Shown one piece after another: positions 40,375-50,280 of a stretch of 64,000 nt of DNA. The stretch covers positions 1,976 to 65,975 of the forward strand of contig RFFQ01000173.1 in assembly GCA_003697105.1 (NCBI GenBank), read 5' to 3'. How positions within the stretch are numbered: the first letter of the stretch is position 1; every line of letters begins with the position of its first letter. The notes under the pieces were generated by a model that was not told the origin of the DNA, did no database searches, and saw nothing but the letters and a program-made list of their open reading frames with translations. Origin of the DNA: Gemmatimonadota bacterium (lineage in GTDB: Bacteria; 4572-55; J002). A program made the position numbers and the translations under genes.

Positions 40375-40803
40375 CTATTTCCGTTTTCGGGAGGTACTTT
40401 GTCCCCCGCTGGATGGCGTGTTTCCCGCGCTACTTCCTCCCCCGGAGGTGCCCTTGGGTTGATCACTTAAATAGGCGGGAACTTCTCGTTCTTTCATGTT
40501 CACTTTACCCCGAATAATGGCTTCCGGATCGACTTCTAAGCCGCCGGTGGGGCATTCAATGTCCCCTTCTACCCGACCACTGGCATGAATATGGACTTTT
40601 TCTTTGGCAAAAATATTACCAACCACTTTGCCTTCGACCGAAACAATGGTGCCTTCTACTTCGGCGGTCACCCGTCCATTTCTGCCGATGTGAAATTTGC
40701 CGTTGACCTTAATTTTACCTTCAAATTCACCTTCAATGGTGATGTCCTCATCGCTGGTCATCTCCCCGGTAACTTTAATTCCTTTGCTGATTAATGATTG
40801 CAC
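40375..40803 (-). CDS. bactofilin (polymer-forming cytoskeletal protein)
   Basis: Bactofilin / DUF583 beta-helical repeats (IEGEFEGKIKVNGKFHIGRNGRV ...) and a Gly/Ser-rich tail. Confidence 0.8.
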   Translation of the reverse strand: MQSLISKGIKVTGEMTSDEDITIEGEFEGKIKVNGKFHIGRNGRVTAEVEGTIVSVEGKVVGNIFAKEKVHIHASGRVEGDIECPTGGLEVDPEAIIRGKVNMKEREVPAYLSDQPKGTSGGGSSAGNTPSSGGQSTSRKRK

Positions 40804-40845
40804 AATTCCTCCACATTGTTATCAACTTACATATTCTAAGGTTTA

Positions 40846-41277
40846 CTATTTGGATTCCGCTGATGGTGATGGTTTAGGGGACCGTTTTCGATCCGGCATT
40901 TCACAACTTCCCTTAAAAATAGCCCCATCTTCCACCACGAGACGCGGATTATCAATATTACCCGTCACGTGGGCCGTAGGGCGGAGATGTAGTTTATCTT
41001 GTGTGACAATGCTTCCATTCACCCGTCCGGAGACGATCATATTGCGAGCCCGGATGGATTCGCTCTCAAGGTTACCGGACTCCTCAATGGTGAGGTCTTC
41101 ATTTAAGCTGATTTTACCATTGACTTTACCCATAATTCGTACCGAATCCTGACCGGAAATATCGCCTTTAATCACCACCCGCGAGCCGATGTAGGTATCT
41201 TGTTTGCGGTCTAACTTCGGGATATTTGCCTGTTGTAAACGCTGTTCTTCTTTGTTTTTGTTACCAAACCAACCCAT
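40846..41277 (-). CDS. bactofilin, second paralogue
   Basis: Bactofilin repeats (IKGDISGQDSVRIMGKVNGKISLNEDLTIEESG ...). AAAGGAG RBS. Confidence 0.8.
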   Translation of the reverse strand: MGWFGNKNKEEQRLQQANIPKLDRKQDTYIGSRVVIKGDISGQDSVRIMGKVNGKISLNEDLTIEESGNLESESIRARNMIVSGRVNGSIVTQDKLHLRPTAHVTGNIDNPRLVVEDGAIFKGSCEMPDRKRSPKPSPSAESK

Positions 41278-41326
41278 ATATTCTCCTTTTTATCTTCCAA
41301 AATTATTAAGTAGAGATTCCGCGCTC

Positions 41327-41355
41327 AATATAGGTCTTTTACCAATCAGCGTCAA
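41327..41355 (-). promoter_or_regulatory. sigma70-type promoter for the bactofilin-tsaD-gatCA-TPR-dnaA2 operon
   Basis: Minus-strand TTGACG (41355-41350), 17 nt spacer, TATATT (41332-41327), about 45 nt upstream of the bactofilin ATG. Confidence 0.5.
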
Positions 41356-41492
41356 GCCTTATTCCGCGCCAAAGGGGTATCCTAGCAGGGCTAAAAACAA
41401 GGGTTTACAAATCCTTTTTTTTTTGCTAGGATCAGGGCGGTGTTTCCAACCAACGTGTTTCCTTTCACTTTGAATCCAGACGAAATCTATCC

Positions 41493-42689
41493 ATGCAAAA
41501 GTGGTTACTTATCGGGTTTATCTTGCTGGGCATGACCTCCATCGCCGTCCCGAAGATCAAACCGAGTGAACGACATGTCACGGCAGTGGCGCAACCGGGG
41601 GATGGCATTTATGCGTTACTGGCACGCTACCATCTACCTCAAAATCGTTACTATGTGGATCAGTTCCGGGCGTTGAATGCCTCGAATCTTGCAGGTAATG
41701 ACCATCTGGTTGCCGGGCGAACCTACGAAATACCGATCAAAATATATACTTATAACGGGATCAGCATCCGTTCCACCGTGGGGATTTCGGATCGATCCCA
41801 TGCGGAACGAATTCAAGCGTATAATCGCACGATGCTAAACGCCGGTTTTCAGGATCAGGACTATCTGATTAGTAAGGTGTTGTGGGTACCTTTCCACGAA
41901 TTGGAATCGAACCCAGCCGCTTATGAAACTCGCCGTAAAACGTCGGGACGTTCGAGACCATTCTCGATTTTTGGTCCCCGATATGCGGAGGTGACTTTTA
42001 CGGACTCAGACCTGCGTGGTTCGGTCTTTTATATTGTTGCTGGGCACGGTGGTCCCGACCCCGGCGCGACCGGTAAACGGGGAAATCACACGCTTTGTGA
42101 AGATGAGTACGCCTATGACATCGCTCTGCGGCTGACCCGCAATTTGCTGGCACATGGTGCCATCGCTTACGTGATTACCCGTGACCCTAATGACGGTATC
42201 CGCGATGAAGCGTACCTAAAATGTGATACGGATGAGTATTGTTGGAAGGCTCAGGCGATCCCGCGAGGACAGTTATCCCGCTTGCACCAGCGAGCAGAAG
42301 CAATCAACCGGCTTTACTGGCGTCACAAAGGTGCCAAACAGCGGGTAGTTGTACTCCACGTGGACTCGCGCAGCCGTGGCAACCGGGTGGATATGTTTTT
42401 TTACTACCATTCGACCAGCCATTCCGGTAAACGCTTGGCAGAAACCCTCCACCAGACGATCCGGCGGAAATATCAGATTCACCAACCGGCGCGAGGTTAT
42501 CACGGGTTTGTGCGTGCCAGAGATGAGTTATACATGCTCCGCAAACCCCTTCCGACAACGGTTTATGTGGAATTAGGGAACATCAAAAATAGTTTTGACC
42601 AACTGCGGCTGATCAAAGTGGATAATCGGCAAGCGGTTGCCAACTGGCTAACAGAGGGTTTAATCAAAGACATCAACGCCACCAAATGA
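41493..42689 (+). CDS. N-acetylmuramoyl-L-alanine amidase (Amidase_3, AmiC-like) with an N-terminal LysM-like domain
   Basis: Signal peptide and LysM-like segment (GDGIYALLARYHL). Amidase_3 core (FYIVAGHGGPDPGATG ... EDEYAYDIALRL). Confidence 0.85.
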   Translation: MQKWLLIGFILLGMTSIAVPKIKPSERHVTAVAQPGDGIYALLARYHLPQNRYYVDQFRALNASNLAGNDHLVAGRTYEIPIKIYTYNGISIRSTVGISDRSHAERIQAYNRTMLNAGFQDQDYLISKVLWVPFHELESNPAAYETRRKTSGRSRPFSIFGPRYAEVTFTDSDLRGSVFYIVAGHGGPDPGATGKRGNHTLCEDEYAYDIALRLTRNLLAHGAIAYVITRDPNDGIRDEAYLKCDTDEYCWKAQAIPRGQLSRLHQRAEAINRLYWRHKGAKQRVVVLHVDSRSRGNRVDMFFYYHSTSHSGKRLAETLHQTIRRKYQIHQPARGYHGFVRARDELYMLRKPLPTTVYVELGNIKNSFDQLRLIKVDNRQAVANWLTEGLIKDINATK

Positions 42690-42702
42690 GACGCTACTGC
42701 TT

Positions 42703-44001
42703 ATGAAACGTTCCCTGATGGTACAACCGGCCGCGGCTCTACACGGGGACATCACGGTGCCGGGCGATAAGTCAATCTCACACCGGGCGGTGCTCTTGGG
42801 AGCACTGGGTGACGGGCAATTTACCGTGAAAAATTGGCTTTCTGCCGGCGATACCGAAGCTAGCTTACAAGCCGTTCAGGATTTGGGCATCCCCGTGGAA
42901 CGACCATCACCCACCACCTTGATCCTCACGGGGGGAATGTTTCAACCGCCGGATCACCCGCTGAACTTGAGGAATACCGGTACCGGCTTGCGTTTGCTCG
43001 CCGGTATTCTTGCCGCCCAACCGTTTGAAAGCATTTTGGATGGCAGTTCGCAACTTCGCCAACGCCCAATGGGACGGATCATTGACCCGCTCCGGCGGAT
43101 GGGCGCGGAGATTTCCGGCATGGACGGGTATGCCCCGCTCCACATTAAACCGGCGGCATTACGAGGCATCGATTATACGCTACCGGTGGCAAGTGCACAG
43201 GTCAAAAGCGCGATTTTGCTTGCCGGACTTTTTGCCCAAGGGGAGACCATCCTCCGGCAAAATTACCCCTCCCGCGATCACACCGAACGGATGCTACAAG
43301 CGATGGGGGCAAATCTGACCCAACAAAACGGTATCATCCACCTTCAACCGGGGAATCCCTTGAAAAATCAGGACATCTCCATCCCTGGCGATTTATCCGC
43401 CGCGGCGTTTCCGCTGGCGGCGGCATTGATTGTACCGGACAGCGACATCACTCTCCACGGGGTGAATCTCAACCCTACACGTACCGGCTTGCTTGACGTG
43501 CTCACCCGCATGGGAGCCAACCTGACGATCACGAAAACCGGGACCCAAGCTGGTGAACCGGTGGGCCGGATTCACGCCCAAACCAGCGAACTGCACGGGA
43601 TCGAAATCGGGGGCGCAATGATCCCGCGCTTGATCGATGAAATTCCAATTTTGATGGTGATCGCGCTCCATGCGGAAGGGCAAACCCTTGTGCGGGATGC
43701 TGCCGAATTACGGGTTAAAGAGAGCGACCGCCTGTCCGTGATGACCGCGCAGTTACATCGGCTCGGTGCTTCGATCACCGAAACTCCCGAGGGTTTCCGG
43801 CTGGTGGGTAAGCAACACTTGACCGGTGCCGTCGTCGATAGTCACGAGGACCACCGGGTTGCCATGAGCCTGGCTATTGCCGGGCTAGTTGCCACTGGGG
43901 AAACGGTTGTTCGGAATAGCCCCTGTATTGGCGATTCCTTTCCCGATTTTGTTTCCCAGATGAAGTCTCTCGGGGCGCCTATCCGTACCCACACTTGGTA
44001 G
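42703..44001 (+). CDS. aroA: 3-phosphoshikimate 1-carboxyvinyltransferase (EPSP synthase)
   Basis: VPGDKSISHRAVLLGALGDG, LRNTGTG, and RPMGR motifs. Confidence 0.9.
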   Translation: MKRSLMVQPAAALHGDITVPGDKSISHRAVLLGALGDGQFTVKNWLSAGDTEASLQAVQDLGIPVERPSPTTLILTGGMFQPPDHPLNLRNTGTGLRLLAGILAAQPFESILDGSSQLRQRPMGRIIDPLRRMGAEISGMDGYAPLHIKPAALRGIDYTLPVASAQVKSAILLAGLFAQGETILRQNYPSRDHTERMLQAMGANLTQQNGIIHLQPGNPLKNQDISIPGDLSAAAFPLAAALIVPDSDITLHGVNLNPTRTGLLDVLTRMGANLTITKTGTQAGEPVGRIHAQTSELHGIEIGGAMIPRLIDEIPILMVIALHAEGQTLVRDAAELRVKESDRLSVMTAQLHRLGASITETPEGFRLVGKQHLTGAVVDSHEDHRVAMSLAIAGLVATGETVVRNSPCIGDSFPDFVSQMKSLGAPIRTHTW

Positions 44002-44010
44002 TCTGGAGAG

Positions 44011-45300
44011 ATGATGAACCGTATTGAAATTCCGATTCCGCCGCTTGATCCCTTAATCTGGCTTTCTCACCAATCGTTACCGCAAAAACTGTTTTGGGCG
44101 AATCGGGATCGCACGGAGATCGTCGCCGGTAGTGGTGTAGCAGATGTTGTTCGCTGTGAGAACCGTTTGGATGCATGTTTTCAATCATTTGCTGAGGTGA
44201 CATACCCGCAACGCTATTGGGGGGGATTCCGCTTTGACCCCACCCGACCTTTCGGGGCGGAATGGCGGGTAACCGGTAATGGATACTTTGTATTACCTAA
44301 ATTTGAGGTGGGCTTGCGGGAGAATCGTTGGTTTTTGGCGGGTAACTTTCCAGAGGAAAAGAGAGCTGAGGTGGATGTCACCTTGCAGCAAATGCGGGCA
44401 AATGTTGCTTCGTTTTCACCGGCGAATCATCACTCCCTCGTACCTGCCCCACCTTTTTTGAAGCGCACCGACGTGCCCGATAAAACCGGTTGGATTAAAG
44501 CTATTAATACCACCTTGCGCCAGTTTGTCCCCCATGCTTTTGAGAAAGTTGTCCTTGCCCGAAGGTCTATATTTGAAGCGGATCGAGGAATCGATCCGGT
44601 CTGGATTCTGCAAAAATTGGCGAAAGCGAATCCCAATACCTTTTTGTTTTTGATGCAATTTTCGGCGGATTCGGCATTTATCAGTGCCACCCCGGAGCGG
44701 CTCTACGCTCGTCAGCAGCGAATCTTACAAAGTGAAGCCCTTGCGGGAACCCGCCCACGGGGCAGATCGCCCGAAGAAGACGATCAACTGCAACATGTCC
44801 TTTTACACAGTGAAAAAGACCGCCGCGAGCACCGTATTGTAACGACAAGCATCCGGCAAGCCTTTGAACCATTGTGTGAATCCGTGACCGTCGAGGATGG
44901 TGTCAACGTCCTAAAATTGAGTCAGTTACAACACTTGTACCAGCGGGTTGAAGGCGTGTTATTGCCGGATCAAGGGGAGGCGGATATTATTAACCGGTTG
45001 CATCCGACCCCGGCAGTGGGGGGCAGACCGGCTACCCGGGCACTGCAACATATTCGTGAATGGGAAGTATTTGACCGCGGTTGGTATGCGGCGCCGGTGG
45101 GCTGGGCGAGTGCGGATGCGTCAGAATTTGCCGTCGGGATTCGTTCCGGGTTGGTGGCGGGAAGGCGGCTTTATCTGTACGCTGGAGCGGGTATTGTACC
45201 CGGTTCGCATCCAGCCGCGGAATGGCAAGAAATTGAAAATAAACAGAACAGCTTTTTGCGGGCATTAGGGGTGTACCCCCATGAAAAAACCGTGCGGTAG
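44011..45300 (+). CDS. menF: isochorismate synthase (chorismate-binding enzyme, MenF/EntC-like)
   Basis: Chorismate-binding motifs (SATPERLY, AVGGRPA, GWYAAPVGW, IRSG). Its size of about 430 aa fits MenF rather than TrpE or PabB. Confidence 0.7.
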   Translation: MMNRIEIPIPPLDPLIWLSHQSLPQKLFWANRDRTEIVAGSGVADVVRCENRLDACFQSFAEVTYPQRYWGGFRFDPTRPFGAEWRVTGNGYFVLPKFEVGLRENRWFLAGNFPEEKRAEVDVTLQQMRANVASFSPANHHSLVPAPPFLKRTDVPDKTGWIKAINTTLRQFVPHAFEKVVLARRSIFEADRGIDPVWILQKLAKANPNTFLFLMQFSADSAFISATPERLYARQQRILQSEALAGTRPRGRSPEEDDQLQHVLLHSEKDRREHRIVTTSIRQAFEPLCESVTVEDGVNVLKLSQLQHLYQRVEGVLLPDQGEADIINRLHPTPAVGGRPATRALQHIREWEVFDRGWYAAPVGWASADASEFAVGIRSGLVAGRRLYLYAGAGIVPGSHPAAEWQEIENKQNSFLRALGVYPHEKTVR

Positions 45301-45352
45301 ATATGAAAGGCTCTATCGCACGGTTCATTTTTATGCCGGACGGATCGTCCGG

Positions 45353-46438
45353 TTAGAAGTTAAAATTCAAGCCGGAACTGATCGAATTGATATTGCCAAT
45401 GTTAAAATCGGCATTGAGGCTAAAAAAGCCAACGTGGAGCATCCCCCCAAGGGTGAACCGATATTTATTTTCCCCATCAATCTCAAAATTAATATCCACG
45501 TCCTCGGTACCCGCTTGACTTTCCAACTGGTAGGTATATGAAATGTCAATGGAGGAGCTTTCCAGCAGGAAACCGGCATACGGGGTAAATATCCCCATTG
45601 GTTTGCTAGCATTGATGCCATAAGCCATCGCGGTGACTTCCACAATATCACCGGCTTCTAGTTTTTGGGTATAAAATCCAAGTGCGACATCCACCGGCAA
45701 CGGTGCAGGTAGCCACACCGCCGGGTTGTGCTGAATCCCGAAGCCAAACAGCCCCACATCCCCAATTTCCTCAGTAAGATTGATGCCCGGTACAAACCGG
45801 AACAGGAGTTTTGTGCCATACACCGTTCCGATCCCGAATTGGGGCACGGCGAGGGGTAACACAGGCAGTTCATCCAACACACCGGTCACTTGGGTGACTT
45901 CCACGGTCTCCGCGTCCAGTTGATAGGTTTGGGTCTGCCCGCCATCGCTTACCGTAAAGGTATCTCCGGGAAAAACGACTTGTACATGTTCATCTTTACT
46001 GCCCACTGCCGTGGGACCGGACATGCTCACGGTGTACGTTTTTTCAATCATTTGGTCGATCACGTCGTCTTGATAGGCAGAGGGGATATTTTCATCTGCC
46101 AAAATTTGTTCGGCTTGACGCCGGGTAAAATTGAAGGTGGTTGTGGTTTCAAAAACATCATCGTCGCTGGCAAAGAATGACCCCATTGCGATCAACCCGA
46201 CCTCCACATGTAAATCCAGAAATTGGGCGGTTGCGGCTTGACCCAGCCAACCGGCATTCATATTTGCCCCAAATGCCGAAGGAAGCGAGCCTAAATACGC
46301 CTCGGCGGCATCTTGTGAAAGATTTTCTAGGGCTTCATCCAATGATTGGCTCGTTTCGTCTTGTGCCTGCACGGGAGTTACCCCGATCAATACGGCGCTG
46401 AACGCTAATACCCCCAACTTCATTAATGACCGATACAT
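45353..46438 (-). CDS. hypothetical secreted protein, possibly outer-membrane associated
   Basis: Start placed at the internal Met (MYRSLMKLGVLAF ...) with an AGGAGG RBS. Signal peptide, and a C-terminal ...NFNF. Confidence 0.5.
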   Translation of the reverse strand: MYRSLMKLGVLAFSAVLIGVTPVQAQDETSQSLDEALENLSQDAAEAYLGSLPSAFGANMNAGWLGQAATAQFLDLHVEVGLIAMGSFFASDDDVFETTTTFNFTRRQAEQILADENIPSAYQDDVIDQMIEKTYTVSMSGPTAVGSKDEHVQVVFPGDTFTVSDGGQTQTYQLDAETVEVTQVTGVLDELPVLPLAVPQFGIGTVYGTKLLFRFVPGINLTEEIGDVGLFGFGIQHNPAVWLPAPLPVDVALGFYTQKLEAGDIVEVTAMAYGINASKPMGIFTPYAGFLLESSSIDISYTYQLESQAGTEDVDINFEIDGENKYRFTLGGMLHVGFFSLNADFNIGNINSISSGLNFNF

Positions 46439-46683
46439 AGTGCCTCCTAACAAAAAATGTGATGGTGAACGTAGATCAAGACAGGATATTCCATCCCGAT
46501 AGGAATCATACTGGTTTTGATGAGGTCTGTCAATTAAATTTTTGAAATTAAATGAGTTAAGGCTGAATTCTGCAGACAAAATGTATATTTTCTATTGATC
46601 GATACGGCATTTTTGATTATTACATCAACATCGAAAAAACATCAGGATGTTTTGTTCAGTACTTCATTGAAAGGAGCAGGGTA

Positions 46684-46920
46684 ATGGTTAGTTTATATAA
46701 TAAGCAGACGAATGAATTTTTGGGTCAGGTGACCGATGAGCAGTTTCAATTTCTGGTCGATCACCTAGAAGAGGAATCCATGATAGATGATGATTATTTC
46801 ATTAATGCGATGACGCTGGACATGCTGGAAGACCAAGGTGGGGATACGGATTTGATGGAAATTTTACGGACCGGTTTGGGGTCTCAAGATGGAATTGAAA
46901 TCACGTGGACCCGAGATTAA
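46684..46920 (+). CDS. small acidic hypothetical protein of 78 aa
   Basis: AAAGGAG RBS, located 8 nt upstream of the carboxypeptidase gene. No domain recognised. Confidence 0.4.
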   Translation: MVSLYNKQTNEFLGQVTDEQFQFLVDHLEEESMIDDDYFINAMTLDMLEDQGGDTDLMEILRTGLGSQDGIEITWTRD

Positions 46921-46930
46921 GGAAGCCATT

Positions 46931-48436
46931 ATGAAAGCAAAACTTGACGCATTGAAACATCAGTTGATGATCTCTAATGATTTAGAATCGGCGGCGGCGC
47001 TGTTGTTTTGGGATCAATCCACCTACATGCCGCCGGGAGGGGCAACGGCACGAGCGCGCCAGAGCGCATTGCTCAGCCGGATGGCGCATGAGACGTTCGT
47101 GGACCCGCAGGTGGGTAAACTGTTAGATGAGTTGCGACCTTATGAAGAGAGCTTACCGTATGATTCAGATGATGCCAGCCTGATTCGGGTTGCCCGGCGG
47201 GAATACGAACGTAAGACTCAGGTTCCGGCAGACCTTGTGGCGGAAACCACGTCCCATTTTTATGCCTTGCACGGTATCTGGGCGGAAGCGCGCCCCAAAA
47301 ATGATTTTGCCGCCGTACAACCCCATTTGGAAAAAACATTGGAACTTTCCAAACGATGGGCAGAATGCTTTCCGGATCACGATCATATTGCCGATCCCCT
47401 GATTAGTACGTGGGACTATGGCATGAAAGCGGAATCCATCCGGCAAATTTTTAGTGAATTGCGGGAAGCCCTTGTGCCATTGGTACAGGCAATCCGTAAC
47501 AAAGCAGACATCGATGATTCCTGTCTTGAGGGTTACTTCCCAGAAGCGCTACAGCAAGATTTCGGCTTGCGGGTTATCAAAGATTTTGGGTACGATTTTG
47601 AACGAGGCCGCCAAGACAAAACGGCGCATCCGTACATGATCAAATTTTCATTGGGGGATGTCCGTATCACGACCCGATTTAATGAAGCACGTCTATCCGA
47701 TGCGTTGTTTAGTACCTTGCATGAGTCCGGGCACGCGATGTATGAGCAGGGTATCAATCCGGCATATGAGGGTACGCCACTCGCCGGCGGTACGTCGGCA
47801 GGAGTCCATGAGAGCCAATCCCGCTTGTGGGAAAATATTGTCGGGCGTAGTCGTGGTTTTTGGGAACACTACTACCCGATCTTACGGGACACGTTCCCCG
47901 AACAATTACAGGGAGTCGATGTGGAATCATTTTACCGGGCGATTAATAAGGTCAAACCTTCCCTGATTCGGGTCGAAGCCGATGAAGTGACATACAATCT
48001 GCATGTTATGATTCGTTTTGATTTGGAATTGCAAATGTTGGAAGGTAAATTGGCGATCCGGGATTTACCCGAAGCATGGAATGCGCGCTATACTTCTGAT
48101 TTAGGTGTGACACCTTCCTCGAATCAAAACGGGTGTATGCAGGATGTTCACTGGTTTGATTCATTTATCGGCGGGGCATTTCAAGGATATACGTTGGGTA
48201 ACATCATGTCTGCACAGTTTTATGAGGCGGCACTGGAGGCGCACCCCTCCTTACCGGAAGATATTCGGTACGGGCAGTTTGACACCCTGCGGGGCTGGCT
48301 CACGGAACATATCTACCAGCACGGGAGTAAATACACCGCCCCCGAACTCATCGAACGCGTGACCGGAAAACCCTTAATGATTGCACCCTATATCCGCTAT
48401 CTCCAGCAAAAGTATGGCGAATTGTATTCGTTGTAA
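46931..48436 (+). CDS. carboxypeptidase Taq (M32 family metallocarboxypeptidase)
   Basis: HESGHAMYEQG zinc-binding motif and M32-type length. Start at the internal ATG with a TAAGGAAG RBS. Confidence 0.85.
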   Translation: MKAKLDALKHQLMISNDLESAAALLFWDQSTYMPPGGATARARQSALLSRMAHETFVDPQVGKLLDELRPYEESLPYDSDDASLIRVARREYERKTQVPADLVAETTSHFYALHGIWAEARPKNDFAAVQPHLEKTLELSKRWAECFPDHDHIADPLISTWDYGMKAESIRQIFSELREALVPLVQAIRNKADIDDSCLEGYFPEALQQDFGLRVIKDFGYDFERGRQDKTAHPYMIKFSLGDVRITTRFNEARLSDALFSTLHESGHAMYEQGINPAYEGTPLAGGTSAGVHESQSRLWENIVGRSRGFWEHYYPILRDTFPEQLQGVDVESFYRAINKVKPSLIRVEADEVTYNLHVMIRFDLELQMLEGKLAIRDLPEAWNARYTSDLGVTPSSNQNGCMQDVHWFDSFIGGAFQGYTLGNIMSAQFYEAALEAHPSLPEDIRYGQFDTLRGWLTEHIYQHGSKYTAPELIERVTGKPLMIAPYIRYLQQKYGELYSL

Positions 48437-48446
48437 TACTAGATGA

Positions 48447-48481
48447 AAACCCCAATGTCATATCGGCTTGGGGTCTTTTTC
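48447..48481 (+). terminator. Rho-independent terminator after the carboxypeptidase gene
   Basis: aaaaccccaa ... ttggggtc followed by ttttt. Confidence 0.6.
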
Positions 48482-48502
48482 TGCCTTTTGAACTGAGTTC
48501 AC

Positions 48503-50200
48503 ATGAAAATACTTCCCTCTTTTTTACGCATTCAATCCTCTTTACGCATCCAATCCCCAGAAAGCGCGGTACTTTATCTTTCTATGTTTGCAATGGGTGC
48601 CTGTGGTATTGCTTATGAATACACCCTAAGCAAGGTAGCGGCGGATTTATTGGGGAATTCGACCCGGCAATGGGCAATTATCATTGGTGTGATGATGTTT
48701 TTCATGGGATTGGGCGCCGATCTGCAAAAATATTTCAGTGACCGCCATCTATTTGATAAATTTATTGTGATTGAAGTGTTGCTGGGAATTTTGGGGGGGT
48801 TTGGTCCCATCATTTTGCTCAATGTTTTTGGAAAATGGTATAGTCATTACGCCTTAGTACAGTACGTTTTTATCTGTTCGATTGGGCTTTTGATTGGCTT
48901 TGAAATCCCACTGCTGGCGCGCATTAATGAGAGTTATATGCACGAATTGAAGGTCAACATTGGCGGGATTCTCAAAATGGATTATATCGGGGCGTTGTTT
49001 GGGGCGTTGGCATGGATTTTAATCCTGCCCAAATTTTTTACGCTTATTGAGATGGGCTTTGTGCTGGGGATTTTCAACATTGGGGTGGCGGCGTTGACCT
49101 TGTTTTACTTCCGCCGTTTAGTGGGGCAGAAGTTATGGATCGGTATATTAACCGCGCTCAGTTTGGTGATGTTGCTGACCGGGCTAAATCAGGGGCGCAA
49201 TTGGACTCGCTACGCCGAGCAGTACCTCTACCGGGATCGAATAATTTTTTCCCATACCACGGATTATCAACATATTGTGCTGACGAAATCTCCGGCAAAC
49301 GACCTCTCCTGCTACATCAACGGGCATTTGCAGTTTAATAGTTTTGATGAGCATATCTACCATGAAAATTTGGTGCATCCGGCGCTAAGTATTGCCCCTC
49401 AACGGGAGCGTATTCTGGTGTTGGGGGGTGGAGATGGCTTGGCTGTGCGAGAAATTCTTAAATATCCTGAGGTTACTTCGGTCACGGTGTGTGACCTAGA
49501 CCCTCAGATGACCGGTTTGGCGCAAACACAGCCCGATTTGGTACAGTTGAACCGAGGCAGTTTACTCGACTCGCGGGTGATGGTACTCCGCAACCACGCC
49601 CTCGTACCTGCCGGACAAGAGACCCTCTATGTGGAAAATCAGCAAAAGCCCTATTCGGGAGAAACGGGTGCTGTTGCCGTTGTCCAAGTTATCAATATGG
49701 ATGCGGCAAAGTTTATTGAGCAGATTTCTGGGGTGTACGATGTGATCATCATCGATTTTCCCGATCCGAACTCCATTGAATTGGCAAAATTATATTCGCG
49801 TAAATTTTACACCGATTTACGTCGGAAATTAAGCGCCGATGGTATTTTGGTGCAACAAGCTACTTCACCGGTTCATGCCAAAGAAGCCTTTTTGTGCATC
49901 GGACGAACGATGCAAGCCGCCGGATTAGCAGTAGTACCGTATCATGATAATGTGCCCTCCTTTGGAGAATGGGGATGGTGGATCGGTGGTAGAGCAGACC
50001 GGTATTCCGCCTCCCACATTCGGGAACGGTTGAACCGGATCGATCATCTTCCGGCAGACCGAAAATACTTGACACCTTCTGTGATCCGATCTACATTGAT
50101 TTTCGGTCAAAATCAGTTAAAATCAGACTTTCAGGATATAAATACGATCGTTACCAATCGGGTGTATGATTATTACGTGCAAGGTTGGCAACGGTTTTGA
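48503..50200 (+). CDS. spermidine synthase-like aminopropyltransferase fused to an N-terminal polytopic membrane domain
   Basis: About 7 transmembrane helices, then the SpeE core (VLGGGDGLAVRE, DLDP, DFPDP). Confidence 0.8.
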   Translation: MKILPSFLRIQSSLRIQSPESAVLYLSMFAMGACGIAYEYTLSKVAADLLGNSTRQWAIIIGVMMFFMGLGADLQKYFSDRHLFDKFIVIEVLLGILGGFGPIILLNVFGKWYSHYALVQYVFICSIGLLIGFEIPLLARINESYMHELKVNIGGILKMDYIGALFGALAWILILPKFFTLIEMGFVLGIFNIGVAALTLFYFRRLVGQKLWIGILTALSLVMLLTGLNQGRNWTRYAEQYLYRDRIIFSHTTDYQHIVLTKSPANDLSCYINGHLQFNSFDEHIYHENLVHPALSIAPQRERILVLGGGDGLAVREILKYPEVTSVTVCDLDPQMTGLAQTQPDLVQLNRGSLLDSRVMVLRNHALVPAGQETLYVENQQKPYSGETGAVAVVQVINMDAAKFIEQISGVYDVIIIDFPDPNSIELAKLYSRKFYTDLRRKLSADGILVQQATSPVHAKEAFLCIGRTMQAAGLAVVPYHDNVPSFGEWGWWIGGRADRYSASHIRERLNRIDHLPADRKYLTPSVIRSTLIFGQNQLKSDFQDINTIVTNRVYDYYVQGWQRF

Positions 50201-50280
50201 CCGGATGAGGTTTGTCCGATAATATCCGGGTGAGATCAAACCTGCCATTTTCACCAACCATTTAATGTGAGGTGCTTTGA

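Noticed and set aside
48520-48555. Direct DNA repeat ttacgcattcaatcc / ttacgcatccaatcc
   Set aside because: It lies inside the spermidine-synthase-fusion coding region and encodes a tandem LRIQS peptide. It is not a CRISPR or mobile-element repeat.
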